The position numbers and the translations under genes are program-made. The notes below the pieces were generated by a model that was given only the letters and a program-made list of their open reading frames with translations, had not been told where the DNA came from and searched no databases. From Paraphysomonas bandaiensis (taxonomy: Eukaryota; Protista; Chrysophyceae): DNA of 64,000 nt. The stretch spans positions 248,001 to 312,000 of the forward strand of contig CBFFRP010000141.1 in NCBI GenBank assembly GCA_965644295.1, given 5' to 3'. Shown here one piece after another: positions 26,482 to 39,487 of this stretch. How positions within the stretch are numbered: position 1 is the stretch's first letter; each line of letters starts with the position of its first letter.

Positions 26482-27446
26482 CTACATGATCGCACAGGTT
26501 CTCTTATGGATCGGGGTGACGAGAACGTTATAGAGGTTTTTAAATGCGATGCACAAATTTTTGAGCTGTTGTTCATCATACTGATCAAGAATGAATTTGT
26601 CGGCTTCTGTCTCTTCGTTGTTTCCATCCGTAGCAGTCGCTCTTGCAGCCCTGTGTACTTCTACAACATCAACTTGGACACGGAGATCAATAGCAGCTAT
26701 CCTCAGCCGCGCAGTGTCGTGTTTCATGTTCTCAATAAACTCCCTTAATTTCGAATGCACCTCCTTCAATACTTTACCCTAAATGTTCAGAGTGAGAATA
26801 AATCAAAGATTGAAAAGAAACTGGCTACCTCATTTCGAGCAGCTAGAATATTCGCCGCAGCGTTGAAAATACTGGTTCCTCCGACGAAAATGAATCCTCC
26901 GGCCATGAGTTGGGCTGCAGCGACACTGCCCAAAATGATCAGCCCTGCTGCCTGCAGACAAGGGACCACAAGGCATGCCAGGCCAATGAGAAGCAACGAT
27001 ATTCCACCTAGCAACCTGTAGGTGTTCTTTTGCTCTTCAGCTCGAATTTCGTGGGCATCATTCAACAAATCTTCGAGCATGTCTACATCATCGCCGAACT
27101 CCAAAATTTTGTCAATAATAACATGCAGGCGATTCTTCATCGACTGATATGCTTCGTTTTCGTTAAACATCTTGTCTATGATGCTCCGCTTCTTCGCCAT
27201 GGACAGTTCGGTGCCCAGCGCTCCGTACAAGTGATTGATCTGCGGAATGTAGTCCATTGTATATACGGTCAGTTCCTTACGAATACTCCGATACGTTTTA
27301 ACTTTTTCTAAGAAGGCATTTCTTTTATCCTTTTGGAGCTTACTGGTGTCCAACGCTTCGATCGAACTGTCAATTACCTTGATGGCGTTGGACAAGCTCT
27401 TATATCCTTCTATTATATCTGCTGGAGTGCTCTGGTTGTTTCCCAT
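26482..27446 (-). CDS. Hypothetical 304-aa helical membrane protein (N-myristoylation motif, hydrophobic hairpin, CaaX), 2 exons
   Basis: The 50-nt GT-AG intron at 26779-26828 joins the 219-aa and 95-aa ORFs in frame (AARNE|GKVLKEVH). Starts MGNNQS and ends KRTCAIM*. Confidence 0.8.
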
Positions 27447-29475
27447 ATCTAGTTAGAGATTATATGAATTGTATCTGGATTGTTAGATGGTTATGTTCAT
27501 TGTGGAGTTCCGTTCTTAGCTTTGTGATATCCTCCAGAATTCTCCTATACTGTTCACGGAAACTGGAAATTGCCAATCATAACGATTTTCAATAAAAAAT
27601 ACCAATTTATAAGAAACGATGGCAAAAAAACTCCGAAATATGTATCTGACAATGGAAAAATAGCCTTTTATAGATAGTGGGTTGCATTTTGCTTCGCATT
27701 TTTTCCACATTTAACAAGAATATTCCTATTTTTTTTGTTAGTAGGTCTGTAGGACTGCATGCATAGGCTGTAGTTAAAATATCATATACGAAGAGTGTAT
27801 ATTGCATTGAATATGCGTATGCATCTTATTTTTCGGTAATATATTGAAGTAAATATAATCTATATTACTGCAGTATAACTACGGCTGGAATACAGATAAT
27901 TGTTATCTCAATATTAGAGGCATTTTTGAACAAAAATATTCAAGCGATGTCGATACTGTAATCTATGAAGATGAGCCCTTTGATACAGTAATGAACCATA
28001 TCCAAGTGAGAGCATCCCCCAATATTGAGATCATATCATCATATAAGGGAACACTGTTACTGATCATATTCAATGTGCTGTGTATACTATACAAGAGAAG
28101 ACATGTTTTTACAGTTTACAATGACTATATTGCCTCAGTTAGTTACGCTAACTAGGTTGACTAGGTGATTATGGGGATCACTCTTGACAAAAAAGAGATT
28201 TTGACGCAAACATGGGAGCATATTCTAACCTCAATACGTGAATACAGGTATCGTATACGTGCAATACATCACATTTCTTATTCCCATTCAAATGAAACTT
28301 GGGAAGCATATCCAGATCAAGTCCAGTGCAGTTCTATATTCTCCATCATTGCATGCGTATCAAACCCTACAACCTTAGGATGGGCAAGGATGACAGAGCC
28401 ATCAGTGAACAGATATTGCCATCGATGATTCTAGTAAGTAGGCACTTCTCGGCAATCCATGCACATACCATCCAGGTACTGGGGTGGCACACTTACGTGT
28501 TCTCCAACATCGATGGGTTCATGTTAATGGATGTTTAATGGCCTTCACAACACGACCCCTTTACTGGCAAGAGGTCCATCGTTATATACTAAGAAGCTGT
28601 TTATATATTCTGGATATACATACACTGTGTTAAGTAGATATGCATATTTGAAGTCATTGTTATGTTTGAATGTTTGCTTTGGTGCTCTACAAGCCACTAC
28701 TGTGTTGTGTGGTGTGAGCAAGTACCTTAGACGTTGGATACTCACAATGTGCAATTATAAGAACGACTAGGTTTACAACTAATATTGGCTAGGTTGAATA
28801 AATTATTAATATGACTAGACAGGTATTTCCACCAAAATTAGTGTGACCAGGTAATTTAGCCTATTAGATATTAGACTTGGCTGAATCATATTTTCCAATT
28901 AAATTAGTGGCGGTCCGCTACTAAGAACTAAGAGACACCGAAATACCGTTAATATGTTAGAAGTGCTAATACGCTACTACAGTAATAAATTATTCTCCTT
29001 TTCATCTTACGCACTGAACCGCATGGTACCGTAAAGAAATAGCAGAAGTAATGTTGAATAATCAATGATACTACTACAAGGTATTAATTTAAGTTATGTC
29101 GTACGAAATATTATACGTAGATATATGATAATCGATGGTACCATGTTACGAAATAATGAAAATGACCACGTCAACAAATCCTGCAACAAAAGTGTATTGG
29201 GATCGAGAAGATATAACTTGGTGATTCATTTAATAGCTGACATATTCAAAATTAGAGTCAGCTCCAGGGAATTGACCAAGATCAGTACAAAACTATAAGG
29301 AGCAGACTTCTCTTTCCACACCGAACTTCTGTAGCTATAGGACATCACGCACTCCGTGCTTCGTTTAAAAACAGTTTATTAACAAGCTTTGGTAAGCCAG
29401 TTGCCAACATAGTAGTCATCACAAACTGAATGTCAATAACTATAGCGCAACGCATCGTCTAACATTAGATATTAA

Positions 29476-31149
29476 TCAGGCATCGAGGTCTTGAACAAAT
29501 AGCGCACCACGTGGAAATAAACCCTACAGAATATATTTAGGATATTTTCTCTTACGCAACAATATATCACCTCAGCTTCCAGAGTGGCACTCTTGTCAGT
29601 TAAATCTTTCTTCGGGAAGTTAGTACTGATCATGAAATGTGCTATTCCAGATCCCGTGTCAGCAAAATGGACTCTAAGAAACGCATACAGCATCTACAGG
29701 GACGTCATTAAAACGATTTTACAATGCAAAGGCAAATAGAACCTCAACAGTATCATCTCTCCAGAATTTCCTAGACACTTTAATTCCATGTGGTAATTGA
29801 AAGCGAATCAGCGCGGTTGATTCAGGCGTGCTTGGTTCCGAACGCACAGAAAGGGAATCTCGATCCCGAGAGAGTTGTGACTCTCTCTCTAGTTCCTCCG
29901 AAAGAGCGATGGCCTCCTCCAGTTCACGGCGCTGTTGCTCCTCTTCCGCTTGTTTCGCTTGCAATTCCATTTCCTGGTTCATAATTCATATATACATTCG
30001 TAAATCACTGACTTTGAAAAGACATACCCGTCTGCGCTCCTCCTGCATCCTACGGTCTGATTCCATAGCCTCCTCAAACTCCCTATCCTGCTCCGCCCGT
30101 AGAGACACCTCTTCTTCTCTGTCAGGAAAATGTCAGAATACAAGTATATCAAACTGTAAAAGTGTAATATCACTGCATGATACAATAAAACATCCACCGC
30201 TGATGCGATTCCACATATGAAAAAACTTGTGCGAATTGAATTATACAATACTACCTTCTCCGCTGAGCATTTCGTGCCCGCATGAGGTGTCCCCGCGACT
30301 GGTTCATGCAAGTCTGAAGCCGCTCTAATAATATTCTCGGCTCGATATTTCCTACAAGAAGTTGAGTTACATTTACTTTGCACATTGCTTCAGTACCCTG
30401 AATTCTATCGACTATCTGCACGGAACGCTCCGACTCGCACAACATCAAAGCCAGAAATGGGAAGGTAGAGACCTTGAGCTGCATACTTAAATTATATGCC
30501 TCAGGATCCCAAACTTGGCCACCCCAGAGAAGGATATCGTTACTGTTGAACAATCGCAAAACGCCTTCCGAGCATAGCACCTGTCTGCAAAAGCCAAGTA
30601 CACTCAGTCATATCAGTAAAGAGAAGAAAAGCTTTTCTACCTGCAGAAGCGATCTGTGTCATCATGAAGGGGAGAGTGAAGATATACCAGTAGGAACTTC
30701 GATTCTCTGTAAGCTTCGGATACAGCCTGATTATAAGATAGAGGCTGGAATTGAGGACTATCCTCTCCATATTTGATTTTAAAATCGCCGCAGAAACGAG
30801 ATGCATCCTGTTCAGGAGTAAGAGATTCTGGGAAAATTTGAAAGACCCATCTCAAAGCAACTCCAAAAAGATCGAAAACATTATTTCCAGATCGCTGGTG
30901 TCTTTGAGCAGGTACATTCTCAACACCTCTAGAATTATCTCCATCAGATGTATGAGTGAATGATGAATCTATTTCACCAATATCTCTATTACGAATAAAT
31001 CTATCAACAGCAGTTTCAAGATTCCAATTATTTTGAAATAAAATTGAACGACATAAATTCATATCTGTAATATTTGTAATTTCAGAGAAATTTTGTAGAA
31101 TTGTTTGTTGTTCTTCATTTAGATCACTCATATCACTAACATCTAACAT
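29476..31149 (-). CDS. UBA-UAS-coiled coil-UBX protein (FAF2/UBXD8/PUX10-like p97 adaptor), multi-exon
   Basis: UBA-like N-terminus (FSEITN..CRSILFQNNWNLETAVDRF), UAS domain (KFLLVYLHSPLHDDTDRFCR..LWGG..FPFLAL), EQDREFEEAMESDR coil, UBX domain (IRFQLPHG..SRKF..TNFPKK..GLFPRGALFVQDLDA*). Confidence 0.9.
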
Positions 31150-31304
31150 ATTTCTTCCTTATATGTGAGGTATTGATAGTATAATAAATAATAAATGTAC
31201 TACTCTCTAACACTTCCTGGTGAATATATAGAAACACTTTACTGCAGTCTGATGTACCAGCAGAGTATGATCTTTCGTCAAGGACAATTGCAGTTCCCAA
31301 CTAT

Positions 31305-31745
31305 ATACATACATACATATACATACATACATACATACATACATACATACATACATACATACATACATACATACATACATACATACATACATACATACAT
31401 ACATACATACATACATACATACATACATACATACATACATTCATACATACATACATACATACATACATACATACATACATACATACATACATACATACAT
31501 ACATACATACATACATACATACATACATACATACATACATACATACATACATACATACATACATACATACATACATACATACATACATACATACATACAT
31601 ACATACATACATACATACATACATGTACATACATACATACATACATACATACATACATACATACATACATACATACATACATACATACATACATACATAC
31701 ATACATACATACATACATACATACATACATACATACATACATACA
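31305..31745. repeat. (TACA)n microsatellite, about 110 units with three interruptions
   Basis: Tandem repeat between the divergent UBX and EF-hand gene starts. Confidence 0.98.
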
Positions 31746-32005
31746 GACTGTATATACGTATACACAGTGTACAGTGTATATAGACACCTACTGGAATTTC
31801 TATATGCTATACTGTACGACTATCTGAACACGGGTGGTATTCCCTGTATACAGGATGTAGTCACATTCTCTTGGAATATGTGGGATTGTAACGTTTATAT
31901 AGTTACATAGAGTGAGGCAGCAGTTAACGTTAAGATCTCCATATACACATACATATCTCATAATATAGAGGGCATTATAGACTATCAGTCATAACTACTG
32001 CCTTC

Positions 32006-34042
32006 ATGGACAGCATTCCAACAGAAATATTAAAAAAACGTGTTAATATACGTATCATTGGAGAAGATGCTACTATAAGTAGTGTATTACACTGTTTAGA
32101 GTATGAGGAACCATACACACTGTCAATGATACTATTGGGACATTCATGTGGTCGTGTTGATGTTATGAAAGATCAATTAGCTGTTGAATTACAGGAATGG
32201 CTTCATGGTAAAAGTTTAATGAAACCTGCTATAGTTGTTTCTCAGCGATTAACTGATACAATGATGAATTATATTAAGTTTGGTAAACCACCTTCACAAC
32301 AGCAGCTATTCATGTGGATGCTTAGTCGCACAGAAATACAACGTAGAAACGATGAATTAAGACTTTTCTTCGGTGGTGTTCCAAAGTCTCTTCGGGATAA
32401 TCAGCAAAATGAGAACAATATTTCATCTACCACTCAGATAGAACCGCTATCAACCCGAGAAAGAAACAACAAGTCACTTGACAGTAAATCAGCTTCGTTT
32501 CGTGAGCGTCCAAAATCCGCCCCTCAGCAAGGGCGGAGGCGAAACAGCAAAGGGGCAATGACAACATTCGCAGTCACTCAGGATATTATTGGAAAAAGTC
32601 ATGCTTTATCTCAACTGCCACAGCAGAAAGTAAAGGGACGCGAGGGTGCCTCACTGTCTTACGTACGAGTAGATTGGACGGATGATCACTATCGCTTGAC
32701 TAATCACATTATGACGCGCCGTCAAGAACTTGAAGCTGCAATGGAAACCCGAAGAAAAATATTAGAAACTTCGAAAACTCGTCAAGTAAAATCAATGGAG
32801 AAGTTCCGTAAGATTCGGGAATCTAATACGAGAAATAGGAAGAACTACAATTGGGCTCAAAATGCATCGTATGAAGTGAGAACACTTGATCGTATTAACG
32901 AGACAGTACAGGAGGATATTATGCGGCAACGCAGCCGGGCTCAACGAGCGGAGGAACACATTCGTTGGACCATGGCTCCTAACGGATTTGTTAACCGTCG
33001 CGGACGGTATCGGAAGGGCATTGTTATTGGCCCTGGACCACTTCCTGCAGATGCAACAACTGCACTGCATGATCCTCGAATTCAGCGGGCCACAGCACAT
33101 TATTACTGGGACCAACACGGGAGGAGACACTTACGGTCAGCAGCAGATATAGATGAACAGTCAGTAGTACAACGAGCAATGCAGGCTATCCGCAAGGCAG
33201 CAGTGAATGCTTCATTGTATAAGTTGGATTTAAAAGCAGTATTCAAGGAAATGGACACCAGCGGAGACGGCTTCATCACTGTGTCGGAGATGGATAAGGC
33301 CTTCATTAGAATGGGACTCAAACTTGATGACGAATCACTGGATGCATTGTTCAGGTATAACTGCTGTAATGTTGCCATGTGTATTAAGCAATGTATGTAA
33401 CGTGTCTGATCCAGGCATTTTGACCCGAATAACTCCGGGTCTATTCACTATGGTGAATTTATGTGGGCATTTTTCAACAGACGCAAATTAGTGTCACAGT
33501 GGAGGTTAGCCACAAAAGGACTTACGAAAAGTCAAATACGTACGAAATTTAGGAATGGAGATATCAATGGTGATGGCAAACTAGGCTTAAAGGAATTTAA
33601 AAGACTTCTCGCCAGTTTTTCTATTCATTTATCTGATACAGATGTCGACTTACTTATTGATAGATTCGACACAGACGGTGATGGTGACCTCGACTTGCAC
33701 GAATTCGCCGCTTTTATAGACAAAGAAATATCCAACAAAGATAGTCCCCCTCCAACGTTATCTGCTTCCACCGGAGGTATTCCGGATGATAACGACGGTT
33801 TGCCACCGTCTTATATGCAAGAGGAAGATGACTACAATGATACTGGACTTAAGACTGAACTTCTCAAACATGTCACCGGAGGTAGTCTCCTGGACAATAC
33901 TGATGTAGCTGAGTATATCAAGTCGTCCAGCTTAAAGGCAACGGATGTACTTGATGCCTCTCAAATTGCAGATATGTTTGAGCGACAATCTCGCGTTGAA
34001 GCAACACTGGGAAAGAAATACTACGATAACCACAGAGTATAG
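32006..34042 (+). CDS. EF-hand (four Ca-binding loops) protein with long N-terminal extension, 2 exons
   Basis: DTSGDGFITVSE, DPNNSGSIHYGE (after intron 33355-33414), DINGDGKLGLKE, DTDGDGDLDLHE. Confidence 0.88.
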
Positions 34043-35015
34043 ACTGTAATTATAAATGGACTCTTTCATCAAAAACTTTATCAATGATTCACTTGCTGTG
34101 TATTAGAAGTATTATATTTAGACACTGAAATATATATTTTTCTGTATAGTGACTGCCATAATAACAAAATGTATTGAGAAACAAATATGCGCTAATTGTA
34201 GAATGGAAGTAGTCTCGAAGGGCCAAAGTTTTATTGTCCCATTGCAGGTCAACTTACTTACAGTATTATTAAAAACAATCATTTTTTATAGCTTATAGTT
34301 GAGTCTTTTTTAGGACACAACTCTCATCAATTGTAAAAAACACTGCACAAAGAACAGAACTCAAGCACTAGATATTGAATTATAGTTGTAGTAGCACAGT
34401 ATTGACTGAATTACGTTAAGGGAGATAGTGCATATTATGATGTTGTAGCAATGAGGAACCACGTCAATCACCAACACTATGTTCTACAAATCATATCTTT
34501 AACAGCTACTATATTTTCAGCTTCGTTGTAGTCATGTATATTCTGTATTTCATTGCTACATAGAATACAGGATAGAGGATAGCTACTAGCGATAGGCTTC
34601 AGCAAGCTTCAAGAAGTACGCACGTAGCTAGGAGTTGGTTGTTGTTCAACACTAGAAATTAGTGGTATTGTTCTCTAATCTTAGTACAAGTTCTTGAGTT
34701 TTCAAGTATGCCAAACGGGGTATCCCGTCCTTTGTACCGTAAAACATTGCATAGTAGATATACCTTACAGCAAGCTGAATAATGCAAGTATATATAACGA
34801 CATTAAACCAAATTTTCTATGGCAATTCTACGAGCCTTTGCTTAAGTCTTCTTTAAGGATGTATGACATCACGGTCCATTATTATTTTACCTTAACACTT
34901 ACTGTGTCGCCCGCGAACATCATCAAATTTTATTACGGAAGATAAATCTTATTCAACACGCTAAGTGCCATATCATACACCCAGTTACAGCGTACTGCAG
35001 AAGTGGCCCGTCCAT

Positions 35016-35958
35016 TTACTTTGTTTGGTTCTGTATGGCAGTGCTTAGAATGATCTAACTAGTAATATGAACAAACCTTGACTCCAAGAATTCTATTTCT
35101 TATCTCCTCTTGGTCCCCTAAGTAGCGCCCCTGCAAGGGAGCGATGGCGTCAGGATGGGGAATGGGGCGAAGGTTATCATCCAGCTCGTACACCAATGGG
35201 GCACCAGTAGGAATATTGAGCTCAGTAATCACATCGTTCGGGATGTCATCCAAATATTTTACAAGAGCTCGTAGAGAATTACCGTGGGCTGCAATGATTA
35301 CTCGCTTTCCTGACTTGATGGTAGGAGCGATATCATTATTCCAGTAGGGCAACACACGATCTAAAGTCGTGCTTAGACTCTCTGTGCGAACCTTGATGCC
35401 CAAGTCTTTATATTTTGGGTCATTCTGAGGATAATGTGGACTACTTGTGTCACACTCTGGGGGAGGAGTGTCATAGCTTCGCCGCCATACAAGCACCTGT
35501 TCCTTGCCGTATTTGTCAACTGTCTCCTGCTTGTTCAACCCTTGCAATCCACCGTAGTGGCGCTCGTTCAATTGCCATGCATTATGAATTGGAATGTACA
35601 TTAGATCATTCTTCTCCAATACATGCCATAAAGTACGAATTGCACGTTTTAAGTAGGAGGTGTAGGCAACATCAAACGTCAGTCCGCTACTCTTGATGAG
35701 GTCACCTGCAGCAGCAGCTTCCTTGTGACCCTTATCAGAGAGAGGACAATCATACCATCCAGTAAACTTGTTTTCATTATTCCAGGTCGATTCACCATGT
35801 CGAACTAATACCTATGTATGTATATAATCAGTATAGTGTTAGTGTTAGATGCATTGAGATACCAGTGTATGTTTACTGCGAGTAGAGGCCAATACAGAGG
35901 GTGAAGGACGGGAGATAGACAGACCTCGACGTATCATGCATAATGAAGTAGTTTGCAT
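35016..35958 (-). CDS. gpmA: 2,3-BPG-dependent phosphoglycerate mutase with N-terminal presequence, 3 exons
   Basis: [56 protein letters not shown]; introns at 35812-35862 and about 35031-35077; ends NQTK*. Confidence 0.95.
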
Positions 35959-36285
35959 TTTTATTTATCTGTTGTAATAAATTGATATAAGGTTTATTGT
36001 TATGGTAGTATAGTATGCATATGCATGCAATGTGCTGGAAGATATGTGTATGTATGTATATGGGAGATGCCATATAGACATACAGCATACAGAACCTACA
36101 TAGATGTAGGTACGTCGGTATACATCTACAAGTTTGCATATGCATTTGTATGTACAGCAGAGTATTATATAGAGACCTCACATCTCACATTCGATTGTTC
36201 TTTATAAAAATATCTGTACTTTCATCTACTTCAAAAAGTTTTATTTATATTATATAATTTTCGAGTGGTAAGTATAAGCCCCTCA

Positions 36286-36375
36286 CCTGCCTTAGCTCAG
36301 TTGGTAGAGCATTGGACTGTAGAGGTTGTAACTTAGGATATCCAATGGTCGCTGGTTCGAATCCGGCAGGCAGGA
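36286..36375 (+). tRNA. tRNA-Tyr (GTA) with a 17-nt intron (36323-36339)
   Basis: CCTGCCT/AGGCAGG acceptor stem, AGCTCAGTTGGTAGAGC D-arm, TTGGA-CTGTAG-[intron]-A-TCCAA anticodon arm, GGTTCGAATCC T-arm, T7 terminator at about 36401. Confidence 0.95.
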
Positions 36376-36593
36376 GACCATTAGGTGACGGGCCACTTCC
36401 TTTTTTTGCACACTATGCATACTGTATTCCGACTGTATTTTCCTTCATATTGTTTTTTTGGATACAGCAGGATGTGTGCTATGTACTGTACAGCAGGAGC
36501 ACCAGTATAAGTAGCATTGCCCATAGTACATAATCTCATATGGCCATATATACATACGTATATGATAACACTGACACATATATATACACATAT

Positions 36594-36771
36594 ATACATA
36601 CATACATACATACATACATGCATACATACATACATACATACATACATACATACATACATACATACATACATACATACATACATACATACATACATACATA
36701 CATACATACATACATACATACATACATACATACATACATACATACATACATACATACATACATACATACAT
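36594..36771. repeat. (TACA)n microsatellite, about 44 units
   Basis: Tandem repeat with one CATG interruption, between PGAM/tRNA-Tyr and the ORF at 36948. Confidence 0.97.
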
Positions 36772-36947
36772 CCATCTCAGATTAATTGGATTCATTTCCA
36801 TCACATCAAGCCTTCATGTAACATCCTCTAGTCACCTATAATCATCTCATCATATCTTATAACACCCATAGCCTATAGTTTTAATCATACAGTGTATGTA
36901 GAGATCATTCATATGGAGAAGAGCCTATAGCTGAACAAGTAATCCAT

Positions 36948-37403
36948 ATGACATCATTTTACACTCGTCTTCTAAGTCTAAGAGATGATATAAGGGAACT
37001 TGATAGTAACTATTCAGTGTATGGAGTTCCTGATAGTGATAATGCAGTCAATACGATAGATTCCATTGCTAGTATGGATCCAACTAGTGCGACAAACAGT
37101 CAGCATTGGAATTCAACGAATAGTGCTGTACTCTCAGGATACATTTTTAACATTGACTCTGTAGAATGTATTGATAGACAATCGCCCCATCTTGATGCTA
37201 TACAGATTGTGTTGACAGATACTGTACGAAACCAACGTTCGTGCAATTCGATAGCAATAACAGAAGAAAGTGTTTACTCGTCTTCGCTCCTGAAAAATGA
37301 ACAGGAGCTCATGAAGCAGCGTGCTGTATGTGTTATTGAAAATTCTATCACGAAGAAACTTACAATTTGCGGTGCTGCTGACGAATTGCTCAGATTGTGG
37401 TAA
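36948..37403 (+). CDS. Hypothetical protein (about 151 aa; 3' end may be spliced)
   Basis: ATG-initiated ORF with protein-like composition, positioned after a promoter-like tract; no family recognised. Confidence 0.5.
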   Translation: MTSFYTRLLSLRDDIRELDSNYSVYGVPDSDNAVNTIDSIASMDPTSATNSQHWNSTNSAVLSGYIFNIDSVECIDRQSPHLDAIQIVLTDTVRNQRSCNSIAITEESVYSSSLLKNEQELMKQRAVCVIENSITKKLTICGAADELLRLW

Positions 37404-39389
37404 TATTGTCTTGATTATGTGTCAATGATCTTGCCAATGTTCAGAGTAGAATGTAGATAAATTACTTAGCACTCTCATCTTCACTAAAAATAGCATGTGT
37501 ATATGCTATAAATCGTTTACAAATAATGTGGCTTATGAGAAGGCGCGAAGAAAGGCAGATATTTTTCATCATAGGCTTACTTGACAATGTGAAATGCGTT
37601 GGTGTTTGCATGTATGTATTGTACAGCTGTCTGTGCAGAATCACTGTTGATGACTTGCAGATTATTTATTTGAAAAATGTAGCACGGCATTTTTAATTTA
37701 TTTTCCCCCATTCCACCTTATTGAGAAGCAAGAAAAAGCACTGGTGTAATAATAAAAGTTCCTTTTGTAGGAAGCAATTTAAGTTAAAGTTTTAGCACTT
37801 CAAAATCCCGATTAGTACAGGTCTATTTATTAGCTCTTCGTAAGGAACCTCATTTTTTTCTTGGTACATGCTGTTATTAGAAAAGACTCTTATAAAATGG
37901 GTGCTGTACCGTTTCGAGATAGTTCTATGTTTTTCTGCTAGCCCGAAGTATTGAAACATTTAATTATCAAGTTAAGTAGTACACTATATGCTATATTGAA
38001 GTAGTACACTAATTCGAAGTACTCTGACTAAACAATTAATTTAGAATTTGAGATTTTAAGCGTGAGAGTTGTTGTAGAATCACCCGAGCAATAGAGGTGC
38101 TATATGAGAAATTATATGCATGTTTGTAGGAATCTTTGTCTTGATAACTGCAACTATAGCTACGACTAGGGCCTCTACACCAAATAAAAAGTTTATCTTC
38201 CTAACTGGAATTTAATAGAGAGTTTACGCCGTAGCCATTGTAATGAAGCTCATGACAAGGTGCTGATGATTTTGCATTATCCACGTGTATACTTAGACCC
38301 AATAAGTACCACCTCAAACGGTTTACCATCGACACGTCTAACTCTCAATCCATGATTAGCTTGAAATTAAACTACATCCAGCAATATGGAACCCGTATTA
38401 TTCATCGCACTCCGCAGCAAGATTCTCATATATGGTTTCGAAATGATATAGTTTTTATGAGGTTTTTGCGGTTAGCTCAAATTTAATTCACCGAATTATA
38501 GTACAATTTGTTTGTCTGCATCATGAAGTCTATGAGTCTGAACTTGTTCTATAACTTCTCGTAGGTTGAATTTGCAGGATCTTGAGTGCCCCTAGAACTC
38601 TTCCAAAACAGCCAAAATAAAACCTACTGACTCTTTCAAATCTATGACCACGCAGGGAAATTTGACTTTGTTTATTTGAACACCACCAACAAGGTTCTTC
38701 CGAAAGAAGGGCTCTTTGACATTGTAAATTCAAAATTACTGACCGTGGTGCTTGCAGCTTTATACAAGCGGGTCATGAGAACGGTTGGGTACAGAAACTA
38801 GTATAATCTATAGGCTGACTAATCTATAGGCTATACTATGTACTACTAGTGGCGGGCAACCGTCTCTGGACTGCTTGTGCATCGCTGCGAGCACCATGGT
38901 GCAACCGTCCCTTGTAGTGAGGTTAATCGGGGGGTCTGCCTTTGGGCAGTGTGTCTGGCGGGCCTGTATCATGGGATATACGGGGGATGGTTGGGGCTAG
39001 ATGTATATGAGAGTGTAAGTCTGTGGTGGAGATGGTGCTGGTTGTCGAGGTGGGATTTTGGGATCACGATGTGTACTAACGGTGATAAGGATAATTTATT
39101 CAAATTATCATCATAACAAGAAAAGATAACTGAAGTAAATGATCCGTATATATATTTGCCATATGGGATGAACAGGCGAATCTACTGCACTATCTAGTAT
39201 TTCTGCTATTACTATGAACTGTACTATTAGCTGTAAAATCTAATAAATATAATTCTACTATATAACGCTACGAAAGCTGCTTGTGCATCACTTCTTGTAC
39301 TAAGGTGGTGCGACCATATTTTGCACTTTAATGGGCTGAATTCACTGTGGAGATCCGCTGAGTTCATATGAGGGTCAGGGTTAATGTCA

Positions 39390-39487
39390 AGTCGAGGTAA
39401 TATCAAAACCTAGTAAAAATAATAACTCAATACTTAGATATGAAACCTGGTGAAATCGCTTTACCAAGTTTTGGTATTACCTCGACT
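39390..39487. mobile_element. Small MITE (about 98 bp) with ~28-bp TIRs
   Basis: AGTCGAGGTAATATCAAAACCTAGTAAA ... TTTACCAAGTTTTGGTATTACCTCGACT flanked by TGTCA on both sides; a partial second copy lies at about 20241-20311. Confidence 0.75.

Noticed and set aside
26770-26830. Possible UGA readthrough or selenocysteine linking ORFs 26787-27446 and 26482-26769 (similarly TGA at 15186)
   Set aside because: Canonical GT-AG introns join the frames without recoding.
28080-28540. Possible pseudogene on the minus strand
   Set aside because: Short protein-like stretches broken by stops with no recognisable family; cannot be supported.
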